DNA of 64,000 nucleotides from Macrostomum lignano (Eukaryota): NCBI GenBank assembly GCA_002269645.1, contig NIVC01001446.1, positions 1 to 64,000 of the forward strand, read 5' to 3'. Shown piece by piece: positions 22,631 to 34,242 of this stretch (position 1 is its first letter; each line of letters starts with the position of its first letter). The notes under the pieces were generated by a model. It saw only the letters and a program-made list of their open reading frames with translations, ran no database searches and was not told where the DNA came from. The position numbers and the translations under genes were made by a program.

Positions 22631-25600
22631 TCAGTACTTCCTGCTCAGTCTCAGTAGGCGCTGTACTGGCAGGCTCGCACAGAGCTCGTCTCAACGCAGC
22701 AAACTGCGACGGCTATGGTGAGAGTGGCGGACAGGAACAGGGCGAACAGACACCTGTCAGCGGCCGCAACCACGACCAGCCATTCGTTGACTTCTCTGCC
22801 GGCTGCCTCCTCCGTCTCGGCGTCAGAGCTGCCCGAAGTCTTGTTGGCTGGTAGTACCCTCTGTGGAAATGGGACGGCACAATGTAACGATGCAATGTTA
22901 CACCAGGAGCTGATCTTGACGTTTTATCAGAGAAATAGCGAGTGGGAACTTAGAAACTGTTCAATAATAATAATTGATTACACCTGCACTAATCGGGACA
23001 GATCGACAGCTCAGCCGCAGCTATTGCGCGGCGCATCTGAAGGCTGCGTATGGTCGCCACACACACCCTCAATTACCCCAGCTAATGCTGACACCCATTT
23101 TACAGCTGGATAAACTGAAGCAATGCAGAGTTAGGTGTCTTGCTCAAGGAAACAAATTGTTCCAGTGGGATCGACCACTAGGCTACAACCCCCAATGCAA
23201 CCAACCACCATAGATGGCGCCAACCATCATTCACTTGACCTAATTACTATATAGTTATCTATATAAAAGGCTAAACGTTGAATGCGGGTGAGTCCGTAAC
23301 TTAGCGGTTATAACCAGCTAGCATATAAGTTACTAAAGAGTTTGAATCTCACTTTTAGATACACATTTAATAGCTCAATTTATCTTGCTTAACTCTTCAA
23401 AAGCTTCTTATAAGTCCGAGTTCTCCCCTCTATAGATTTATATTCAACTCGCAGGCTTAGTGGCGTGCACAATAATTTATTTAACCCTAAGGGTCGACAA
23501 TATTTGCTGTCTTGGTGGCCGCCCCTGTCTCTTGGTGGCCGCCCCTGTCTCTTGGTGGGCGCCCTGTCTCTTGGTGGGTGCCCCTGTCTCTTGGTTGGCG
23601 CCCCTGTCTCCTTGTGGCTCAAATTTAGCTTCTGTCAGATGCCTTTCGAGATTGTCGCGTGACTCACCGCGTCTGCCGTTCGCTTGCAATTCCCAGTAAT
23701 GCAGCGGTTGAGAAACAGCAGCCGGACCAGCGGACTGAACACCCGCCTGCCGCCCCGCTGCAGCTTGAAGTGGCAGTCGAGCACGAACACATTGCCGAGC
23801 AGGCTGCCCATGGTCAGCATGGCCACCGCGCTGCAGTGATAGGCTGAAATTTGATTAAGAAGATGACTACTATAAGTAGCTCGAAACGCTTTTAACAGTA
23901 GGAATACCAAGCCATTTTTTCGCCCGTCGAACTACCAAGAGAAGGGGGGAATCCCCCCTGACCATTTTTTTGCTGCGCCGGAACGGAGTAACGCAGGCAC
24001 ACGAAATTCAAGAAAACGGGCCAACTTTTTGTTGCGCACCTTCTCAAACAAGAATCAAGTCGCCAGATCTCCGGACCGTTGAGATATTCGACGATTCTGC
24101 CAGAAGGTCGGATTTTTCCCATAAGCGCCAGTGTATTCAGTGCACCCCTGTGCGCCAGTCAGCACTGCGCCTCAGTGCAGCCTTGCCAAGCCTCCAAATT
24201 TCATCAGCACGTAGACCACATGTGTCTGCATCAGCTCTGACTTCGTTGGTCACTAGCCTTCACCCAGGCGGAGCTTCTGGACTTTCAACAGGTGGCACCA
24301 GGTGACTATGGACACCCTGATACGAATTTCTCTAGTTTCGCTGATCAAGCCTCGACAGTGGGCAAAATCAACTGCTGGACATCCTCAGCTGGTCTGTCAA
24401 GCATTCCGTCATCACCTCGACGCCGTCGGCACCTTCAACAGATGACACAAGATGACTATGAACATCCTGTTGCAAATATGTCAGATTTTTCTTATCAAGC
24501 TTCAATAATGGGCAAGCCTCAACCGACGGACATTCTCAGATAGTCTCTCGAGCATTCTATCATCACCCCGACGCCGTCGGCTCCTTCAACAGATGACAAC
24601 AGGTGACAATGGACACGCTGTTGCGAATTTCTTTGATGTCGCTGACCAACATCAATAATAGGCAAACTTTAACTTCTGGTCGTTCTCAGCTATACTCTCA
24701 AACAGTCTATCATCACCGGACATAATTAAGTAAACTTGATGACGTAATTTGCTAATTAAACTGTAAATTGAACAGAATCTTCGCGAAGAAAAAATTACTA
24801 GAAATTATCCAATTTTCTGTTCGGAATGAAGATCAATTCATAATATACTGGATATCTAGTCTTCTATCTTATAAATTGCTAAAATTGTTAACAATAAAAA
24901 TATTCTCTTTTGGGTGTCTATAGTCGGTTTCGTCTTCTTGAAGGTGCCGACGACGGCTGAATGACGACCGGATGCTTGAAAAACTAGTTGAGGATACCTA
25001 GCAGTAGAGGTTTGCCCATTATTGAAGATTGATCAGAACAGTCTAACATATTTGCAACAGGATGCCCATAATCGCCTGGTGTAATCTGTTGAAGGTGCCG
25101 ACGGTGTCGGGGTGTTGACGGAATGTTTGAGAGACTAGCTGAGGATGCCCAGCAGTTGATTTTTGCTCACTGTCAAGGCTTGATCGGCGAAACTAGAGAA
25201 ATCTGCATCAGGCTGTCCATAGTCACTTGGTGCCACCTGCTGAAGGTCCAGAAGCTCCGCCTGGGTAAAGGCTAGTGACCAACGAAGTCAGAGCTGATGC
25301 AGACACATGTGGTCTACGTGCTGATGAAATTTGGAGGCTTGGCAAGGCTGCACTGAGGCGCAGTGCTGACTGGCGCACAGGGGTGCACTGAATACACTGG
25401 CGCTTTTGGGAAAAATCCGACCTTCTGGCATAATCGTCGAATATCTCGACGGTCCGGAGGGCTGGCGACTTGATTCTTGTTTGAGAAGGTGCGCAACAAA
25501 AAATTAGCCCGTTTTCTTGAATTTCGTGTGCCTGCGTTACTCCGTTCCGGCGCAGCAAAAAAATGTCAGGGGGGGGGGAATTCCCCCCTCTTGGTAGTTC

Positions 25601-28600
25601 TACTGTTAATACTGGCTTCACGCGAAAGTACGAGAAAAATAACACTACTGAGATTGGACCTTTTCATTTCTTCGGATGAAAGGCTAATCCTTACAATACT
25701 TCCGTATGACTTGCCTGTTATAAATTTTACAAAAATGCGTTGTAAAAGCAAAGAACCAATAAAACTGGCAATCATATATTTAAAGATAAGTGTTGTATCT
25801 TCTTTCGATGTGTGTGTGTGTGTATGCATCCTTGCACTTTTGTACATTCTACCGAAAGTTTTGTATCAGGATCCAAAAACGGAGTTCTGAAATTTATTTA
25901 ACTCACTGAGCAGAGGCACAGCTTCGCTCTGCGTTGGGGTGTAGCTGCCAGCCAGCTGCAGGAACACGCACATCGACAGCACAATGGTGACGCTCAGGGA
26001 CATTCTCTCGCCGCATTCCGGTGGCAGGCGGAATACCAGGGTTGAGATGGCGAGCAGCAGGAGGCTGGGTATGACGATGTTCACCAGGTAGAATGTTGAT
26101 CGGCGCTTTGGTGAACGAAATCAAATTATTAATTTTCGAGTGAGTTCCACAGTAAATTATCCAAAATTTACTTTGTCTCAGGTGACAACCTAGGAGGCCA
26201 ACCTGTCCGTTTGCTTTCTACACCTTTCTACAGCTTCATTAACCTCTTCCACTTTGAAAACTCCTCTCGGATCCCTTCTGTCAGATTCCTCCCCCCCGAA
26301 CCCTTTCCTTTCGACCCCTGCCCTTCCGACCTATTCCCCTCCAACCCCTTCCCCTCTGACCCCTTCCCCTCTGACCCCTTCCCCTCTGACCCCTTCCCCT
26401 CTGACCCCTTCCCCTCCGACCCCTTCCCTTCTGACCCTTCCCCTCTGACCCCTTCCCCTCTGACCCCTTCCCCTCCGACCCCTTCCCCTCTGACCCCTTC
26501 CCCTCTGACCCCTTCCCTTCTGACCTTCCCCTCTGACCCCTTCCCCTCTGACCCCTTCCCCTCTGACCCCTTCCCCTCTGACCCCTTCCCCTCTGACCCC
26601 TTCCCCTCTGACCCCTTCCCCTCTGACCCCTTCCCCTCTGACCCTTCCCCTCTGACCCCTTCCCCTCTGACCCCTTCCCCTCTGACCCCTTCCCCTCTGA
26701 CCCCTTCCCCTCTGACCCCTTCCCCTCTGACCCCTTCCCCTCTGACCCCTTCCCCTCTGACCCTTCCCCTCTGACCCCTTCCCCTCTGACCCCTTCCCCT
26801 CTGACCCCTTCCCCTCTGACCCCTTCCCCTCTGACCCCTTCCCCTCTGACCCCTTCCCTTCTGACCCCTTCCCCTCTGACCCCTTCCCCTCTGACCCCTT
26901 CCCTTCTAACCCTTCCCCTCCAACTCTTCCCCTCCAACTCTTCCCCTCCAACTCTTCCCCTCCAACTCTTCCCCTCCAACTCTTCCCCTCCAACTCTTCC
27001 CCTCCGATCCCTTCCCCCCGACCCAGTAAGCAGCGCACCGAGAAGACGACAACCAGCCGAACGAATGGAAATTCGCCTTCAGCTCCTTCCTCAGTGAAGA
27101 CGCTCTGCACGCAGAACTCGTGGCTGCCTGTGGCTCCGCTAAACTCCACCTCGCTGGCCGGCATCATCCGCACTCTCACGGAGGCCGAGCTCTGCATAAT
27201 CGACCCGATCTTGACGCCGCAACGCTGCGCATCGTATGGGAAATTGCGCATATCAAAGCGGCACTTGAAGCGGACCATGAACTGCTGGCTGTGTGCCACG
27301 CCGCCTGCGCTGGTCAGGTTTAGCAGAACGCGGTCGCCCGATACCCGCTGAAGGCTCAAGCTCCAGGCCGCAGTGCGTGTAAAAGTGCAAAAGTGTTTTT
27401 TAAGCTCATAAATTTCACTATTCTATTTGACTGGCTTCGGCAGGGGCTGTGTATCGATTTTTAAGCCTTTAATTTCATCATCACTCTTGCAGGATTGGAA
27501 AGACAGAGAACGTACTTTAATTGTCTTCTGCATAGACAGTAAATGTAATTTAGTCCTTATTTTGTAAATATATTAGATAGTGAATGTACTTTAGTCTTTT
27601 TATAGTTTAAGTTAGAGGCAGGGGCTGTGTGCTCCCTGGCGCGCTTCAAGCGACATTGTCACACAACTGGCGAGAGGCATTACTGCCCATTCCACCGACT
27701 CCCCAGCACACAAGCGCGCGGATACGTACGCAGTCACACGCACAGGCACTCACACAGGAGTGCACAGCGGCCCTAACTTTCTTTATCGTTAGGCATGTAC
27801 ACTTTACTAAAGTTCCTGGTCTATGATTGGATATGCATCTCTATATAAAAAATTTCCACCTGTCTAAGAAGGACACGTCCGGCTGCCAGGCGAGCTCCGC
27901 AGGTGCAAACACGGTTGCGATGCTGTCAAAGCTGGAGTTGAATCGTCCCCGCCAAGCCAGACGATTGTCGTTCCAGACCTGAAGTTTTGAGATTTGAATT
28001 TTCAAGTCAATTTTCATACGGAGCAGCAGCAGCGAATTGAATATTCATTAGCTCACCAGAGTAAGCCACACCTGCAAGGTCAACTCCTGCGCTGTTGAGT
28101 CCTGAAACAATGAGGCTCCCCAGTTTAAGCAATGTCATTAAATAGAAACCAATTTGAAGTCTTAAATTTGAGGCCGAACAAAATTTGTCTGGTAAACAAT
28201 TGCGACTTGCTGAACCCAAGTAGACTGCTTCTATAGTTACAAGACATTATACAAAGCAAATGGTCAGTATTCGGACACCAATGTTAGACATTTGGACTCC
28301 AAACACTAGAAATCAGTGGTGAATTTTCGGACACTAGACTTACAGATCAGTGTTAGACTATTGAACACCAGAAATCGGTGTAGGAGTTTACGGACACTAA
28401 GGATCAGTTTTTTAGCTTTGGACACTTGAAATCAGTGTTGCAATTTCGGACACTAGATATCGGTGTTGGAGTTTCGCTAGAGATCGGTGTTGGAGTTTCG
28501 CTAGAGATCGGTGTTGGAGTTTCGGACACTAGAGATCGGTGTTGGAGTTTCGGACACTAGAGATCGGTGTTGGAGTTTCGGACACTAGAGATATTTGCTG

Positions 28601-28872
28601 TTTAAATTCCGTTCCCAAGCCCAGCTCCTCACCACAGCGGCCAAGGCGGACATAATTGCCTGCACTATGACGGTGTTGGCCGAGCCATTGTCCGGCTTCG
28701 GCCGGACAGCCGGTGAGTAGCTTCCGTCCCCGGCCGACTGGCCAAGCAGCCCAAGTCGCGTCATCAGCGCCTGCTCAAGTGATGGCGTCAGCTCCGCTAA
28801 GGCGGACGGCATCGCCAGCGACAGCAGCGCTGCAGCCGGTAAGATGAGGCTACAAAGAGGTTGGGTTGTCAT
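22631..28872 (-). CDS. Cys-loop receptor subunit copy 4, intact; exons 28872-28633, 28101-28057, 27978-27860, 27360-27039, 26105-25907, 23843-23668, 22860-22631
   Basis: Exon sizes 45, 119 and 199 nt match copy 3; Cys-loop CRFDMRNFPYDAQRC; LPPECGERMSLSVTIVLS; TM4 ADRCLFALFL; one extra intron in the TM3-TM4 loop. Confidence 0.9.
23014..23211 (-). mobile_element. tRNA-derived SINE (family 2), with deletions
   Basis: Shares the cttgagcaagacac...cccagctgtaaaatggg...cattagctgggg core with 40020-40240 and 50053-50213. Confidence 0.75.
23896..25605. mobile_element. Non-autonomous foldback DNA element, 1710 bp, TTAA target duplication
   Basis: TTAA|CAGTAG...CTACTG|TTAA; arms of about 700-800 bp in inverted orientation, with about 150-bp subrepeats in the inner part; no transposase. 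Confidence 0.8.
26295..27015. repeat. C-rich/G-rich 15-bp minisatellite (ctgaccccttcccct)n in intron 4 of Cys-loop copy 4
   Basis: Direct reading. Confidence 0.97.
27611..27810 (-). mobile_element. SINE family 1, partial
   Basis: Matches the body of 5437-5799 (ggcgagaggcattactgccc; acaagcgcgcggatacg). Confidence 0.8.
28300..28590. repeat. About 28-bp degenerate tandem repeat (atcggtgttggagtttcggacactagag)
   Basis: Direct reading, intron 1 of copy 4. Confidence 0.9.
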
Positions 28873-29394
28873 GCCTATTCACAGATGGACCTCGGGTCTC
28901 AGTCAGTGCGATTGCACAGACAGCCAATCTGTCACTCCTGGGGATTATACGAGCGATAGATAATGTAGTAAAAGAGCGATTGGACCGCGAGAGATCAAGC
29001 CTGAGTGAATGAGGGACAGCCGAGTGTTAATATCAGTTCCCAGCAACTGCATCTGGGCTCTCTGAGCAAATATTTGCCTTTACTGCACCGTTTATTACGT
29101 ATGAATGCTGCCATCACCGATGTTGCAGTTATTGCACCTGGCAATGAGACCGATTTTCTCTGTATTTATTTTACCAGCTATCCTGGCTGGCTTAATAATG
29201 ACTTTTCTGTGTAGCTCCGCTTTAAAAAGTTTTTACGCTACATATCGTCGACTGGGTCCGGAACTCGTCACTCATTAGTGCTTTAAGTACTGCTAAGCTC
29301 GAAATTGATTTGCCTCAACTATAAGAATTCCGATCAAAAATTTTTGTCATAAAAACGCATTATGGATGTATCATCCATGAGAGCCTCATGACCA

Positions 29395-29720
29395 AGAATC
29401 TCATCCAGGAACTCTCATACCGAATTATTCCTAGAGAATCTCTCCCCTAAGAACTCACCCCAGAGAGTCTCATCCTTCGAGAAGCTCACCCTTAGATAAG
29501 CTCATCCTGAGAGGATCTCACCCCTGAGAAACTCACTCCCAGAGAATCTCAACCCTAGCCAATCTTAGCCAGATAATCCCACCTCAGAGAATCTCACACC
29601 TAGTTAATCTCACCCCGGAGAATCTCACACAGATAATCTTACCTTAGAAAATCTCACCTCTATGCAATCTCCTCCCGGAGAATCTCACCCCTAGAGAATC
29701 TTAGGCCAAGAATCTTCCCC
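29395..29720. repeat. Degenerate tandem repeat built on agaatctcacccc
   Basis: Direct reading. Confidence 0.85.
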
Positions 29721-29939
29721 CCAAAAACTTGGCGCTACATTTGTTGAGTAAAATTACTGGAAAATCACCGGTAAGCCACTCCACCGAGATGTTAGTAAAA
29801 GGTATAAATAAAAGAAATGAAGCCATTGATATTAACTCTCAAAGTGATTACAGCCTGCATAGCGTATATTTCTCAACGGCTCAAATGAACGCGAAAAATT
29901 CTCTTCCAGGAGAATGTCCCACACCTGTCCGGTCGCAGC

Positions 29940-31477
29940 TCAGAGGCTGATGCAGCCCAGCATCTCGGCCAGACGGCCGCCGCACTTGCTCACTAGGCAC
30001 TTGACAATCGAGCTGAGGTCGGAGCTGCCAACGCCGCAGCCAAGGAGGGCGCTCAGAACGCAGGAGGCGCTGGAGGCGCCGGCGCTGAGCACGCAGTTCC
30101 AGTCAACCGACAGGGCCGGCAGGGCCTCGTGCAGCACAGCGTCGTAGACTTCGTACTTCTGCTCCAGCGTGTAGCTAGAGGCTGCGGCGGCGGCCAGCAG
30201 GCAAGCGAGGATGGCGAGCTTCAGCTGCGGGATGGCCGGGGGTTCAATAAGGCTTCCTTAACTAGCATTGATGGGTCTTGGTTGCAGAGGCATCCACTTG
30301 GTGAACAGGGTAGTGGCTCACTGAAGGATCGGGGGAGACAAGGTAGCGATGGCTCACTGAAGGATCGGGGGAGACGGGTAGCATATATTAAGGATCGGGG
30401 GAGACGGGTAGCATCTATTAAGGATCGGGGGAGACGGGTAGCACCTAGTAAGGATCGGGGGAGACGGGTAGCATCTATTAAGGATCGGGGAAGACGGGTA
30501 GCATCTAGTAAGGATCGGGGGAGACAGGTAGCATCTAGTAAGGATCGGGGGAGACGGGTAGCATCTAGTAAGGATCAGGGGAGACGGGTAGCATCTAGTA
30601 AGGATCGGGGGAGACAGGTAGCATCTAGTAAGGATCGGGGGAGACGGGTAGCATCTAGTAAGGATCGGGGGAGACGGGTAGCATCTAGTAAGGATCGGGG
30701 AAGACGGGTAGCATCTATTAAGGATCGGGGAAGACGGGTAGCATCTAGTAAGGATCGGGGGAGACAGGTAGCATCTATTAAGGATCGGGGGAGACAGGTA
30801 GCATCTATTAAGGATCGGGGAAGACGGGTAGCATCTATTAAGGATCGGGGGAGACAGGTAGCATCTATTAAGGATCGGGGGAGACGGGTAGCATCTATTA
30901 AGGATCGGGGAAGACGGGTAGCATCTATTAGGGATCGGGGGAGACAGGTAGCATCTATTAAGAATCGGGGGAGACAGGTAGCATATATTAAGGATCGGGG
31001 GAGACGGGTAGCATCTATTAAGGATCGGGGAAGACGGGTAGCATCTATTAAGGATCGGGGGAGACAGGTAGCATCTATTAAGGATCGGGGGAGACGGGTA
31101 GCATCTATTAAGGATCGGGGAAGACGGGTAGCATCTATTAGGGATCGGGGGAGACAGGTAGCATCTATTAAGAATCGGGGGAGACAGGTAGCATCTATTA
31201 AGGATCGGGGGAGACAGGTAGCATCTATTAAGGATCGGGGGAGACGGGTAGCATCTATTAAGGATCGGGGGAGACGGGTAGCATCTATTAAGGATCGGGG
31301 GAGACAGGTAGCATCTATTAAGGATCGGGGGAGACAGGTAGCAGCTCACAGATGATCACGAGTGGAGGTTAGCAGACAGGATCTTTGAATAGCCTGTCCA
31401 TCAATGCTAATTTCGGTGTTAAGCAGGATGCGTGAAGTGGCACTATGAAACAACTACAAATACTGGTTACTTACCAT
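29940..31477 (-). CDS. Small secreted 95-aa protein with six cysteines; join(31477..31475, 30224..29940)
   Basis: ATG|gtaagt donor at 31475/31474; cccgcag acceptor at 30225; gives MLKLAILACLLAAAAASS-YTLEQKYEVYDAVLHEALPALSVDWNC...GCISL*; TATA-like tatatga near 31560. Confidence 0.75.
30325..31345. repeat. 30-bp minisatellite (aaggatcgggggagacgggtagcatctatt)n in the intron of the small secreted gene
   Basis: Direct reading; source of the 408- and 331-aa ORFs. Confidence 0.97.
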
Positions 31478-32650
31478 TTCGTAATGTTGATTTTGCAATT
31501 AAGTCAGAATTGGTGATAGTGTGAACTTTCGAGAGCTGTTGGCGTTGCCGCTCGCATTCATATAGGAGCTGAATTCACAGCCTTATCAGCCTGGGATCCA
31601 CGCATCTGTCTCTGTGAACGATTTCAATGAGAGCAGAGTTGCTGATGCTGCTGTTTGCGCCAACTGCAATTAATTGGCAATAATTGATATTCATTTTATT
31701 GAATACCACACTAACAATGTTATGCTGTTTAGACTGGCACAGATGTCATTGTTCCACAATGTTTTTAGCTTCTCTATTGCAGTAGTTTCCCTCGTGTAGA
31801 ATTCCCATTTGCGTGAAATCAGCTTGGCGTTTGAAAGGCTTTTTTTGAGTGAACAGTGAGCAGTGTCCGGTCACACCGGCTTCGGAACTGGAGCGGAGGT
31901 TTTGAAGTAGCTGCAACCAATTTTAATATTCTGGCATCCGATTCCCGACACTTTTTGGTTGTGACAGCTTCGGTGTTCAAGCAGTTTCGACAAACTGCGA
32001 TTCAGAATCTACACTTTGCATACATTTCCGACAAAAGTCAATCAGTTCCAACAATTGAAAAATGTCGGAATTGAATTTGCGGAATGAAAAACGATGATGC
32101 TCAGGCTCTTTCTACCACCCCACTTGACGGAATTAGTTGGCAGTTGTTAGAACTTATATTACTGATATTAACACTCGACTGTCCCTCATTCGCTCCCTCA
32201 TTCACTCAGGCCTGATCTCTCGCGGTCTAATCGCTCTTTTACTACGAATACAATATACCTCGTATAACCCCCAGGAGTGACAGATTGGCTGTCTGTTTTT
32301 GGTGGTAACACTGGGTGACGCAGATGACTTATGGGTCAGGGAGTTGCGCGTAAGCGGCTTGCAATAATGGGGGAGCCAATCGGAGGGTCGGGACAGACAG
32401 AATGGGGGGAGGGGTTAGCGTATATTGCCCGGCGCATCTGACTGAGAGTCAAAGATTGCCCATCGGCTCAAGTGCACCCGGGCACAACAGAAGCATGAGC
32501 TGCAACTCGAAGGAGCGATTGGACATCAAGGACATGCCGTCATGTGCTTTCATAGTTTTTACCGCATATGCTGGCTCGATACTATTAGACACCACATGTA
32601 CGTACCATCAGATATTTTCAAGTTAGCTACGAATATTTCATGCTATTGAT

Positions 32651-34242
32651 CAGGGGCGTCGCCATGGATTTTATGGTGGGGGGACAAAGCCAAGAATTCA
32701 ACATGTACATGTACAGGACAAACTTTTGGCATTCATTTTAGCGCCGCAGACACTCATTTTAGCGCCGCTGGCACTCATTTTAGCGCCGCAGGCACTCATT
32801 TTAGCGCCGCAGGCACTCATTTTAGCGCCGCAGACACTCATTTTAGCGCCGCAGGCACTCATTTTAGCGCCGCAGGCATTCATTTTAGCGCCGCAGGCAC
32901 TCATTTTAGCGCCGCAGGCACTCATTTTAGCGCCGCAGGCACTCATTTTAGCGCCGCAGGCATTCATTTTAGCGCCGCTGGCAATCATTTTAGCGCCGCT
33001 GGCAATCATTTTAGCGCCGCAGGCACTCATTTTAGCGCCGCAGGCACTCATTTTAGCGCCGCAGGCACTCATTTTAGCGCCGCAGGCAATCATTTTAGCG
33101 CCGCAGGCACTCATTTTAGCGCCGCAGGCACTCATTTTAGCGCCGCAGGCACTCATTTTAGCGCCGCAGGCATTCATTTTAGCGCCGCAGGCACTCATTT
33201 TAGCGCCGCAGGCACTCATTTTAGCGCCGCAGGCATTCATTTTAGCGCCGCTGGCAATCATTTTAGCACCGCTGGCAATCATTTTAGCGCCGCAGGCACT
33301 CATTTTAGCGCCGCTGGCACTCATTTTAGCGCCGCAGGCACTCATTTTAGCGCCGCAGGCACTCATTTTAGCGCCGCAGGCACTCATTTTAGCGCCGCAG
33401 GCACTCATTTTAGCGCCGCAGGCACTCATTTTAGCGCCGCAGGCACTCATTTTAGCGCCGCAGGCACTCATTTTAGCGCCGCAGGCACTCATTTTAGCGC
33501 CGCAGGCACTCATTTTAGCGCCGCAGGCACTCATTTTAGCGCCGCAGGCACTCATTTTAGCGCCGCAGGCACTCATTTTGGCGCCGAAAGCGCTATATTT
33601 TGGCGCCGCAGGCACTCATTTTAGCGCCGCAGGCACTCATTTTAGCGCCGCAGGCACTCATTTTAGCGCCGCAGGCACTCATTTTAGCGCCGCAGGCATT
33701 CATTTTAGCGCCGCAGGCACTCATTTTGGCGCCGCAGGCATTCATTTTAGCGCCGCTGGCAATCATTTTAGCACCGCTGGCAATCATTTTAGCGCCGCAG
33801 GCACTCATTTTAGCGCCGCTGGCACTCATTTTAGCGCCGCAGGCACTCATTTTAGCGCCGCAGGCACTCATTTTAGCGCCGCAGGCACTCATTTTAGCGC
33901 CGCAGGCACTCATTTTAGCGCCGCAGGCACTCATTTTAGCGCCGCAGGCACTCATTTTAGCGCCGCAGGCACTCATTTTAGCGCCGCAGGCACTCATTTT
34001 AGCGCCGCAGGCACTCATTTTAGCGCCGCAGGCACTCATTTTAGCGCCGCAGGCATTCATTTTAGCGCCGCAGGCACTCATTTTGGCGCCGAAAGCGCTA
34101 TATTTTGGCGCCTTGAAGAAAAATTATTGATTACCACAACGACTCACAAGGTGGGGTGGAGGGGACAAAGCATTGGCATGCCCCCCAAAGCTTTTACTGG
34201 GGGGACATGTCCCCCCTGTCCCCCCTGGCGCCGACGCGCCTG
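32651..34242. mobile_element. hAT-type MITE inflated by a 21-bp internal minisatellite
   Basis: Imperfect TIR caggggcgtcgcca / tggcgccgacgcgcctg; perfect 8-bp TSD CTATTGAT (32643-32650, 34243-34250); unit gcgccgcaggcactcatttta. Confidence 0.85.

Noticed and set aside
28440-28590. Regular 28-bp repeats resembling a CRISPR array (also 42790-43410)
   Set aside because: Head-to-tail with no unique spacers, eukaryotic context, no cas genes
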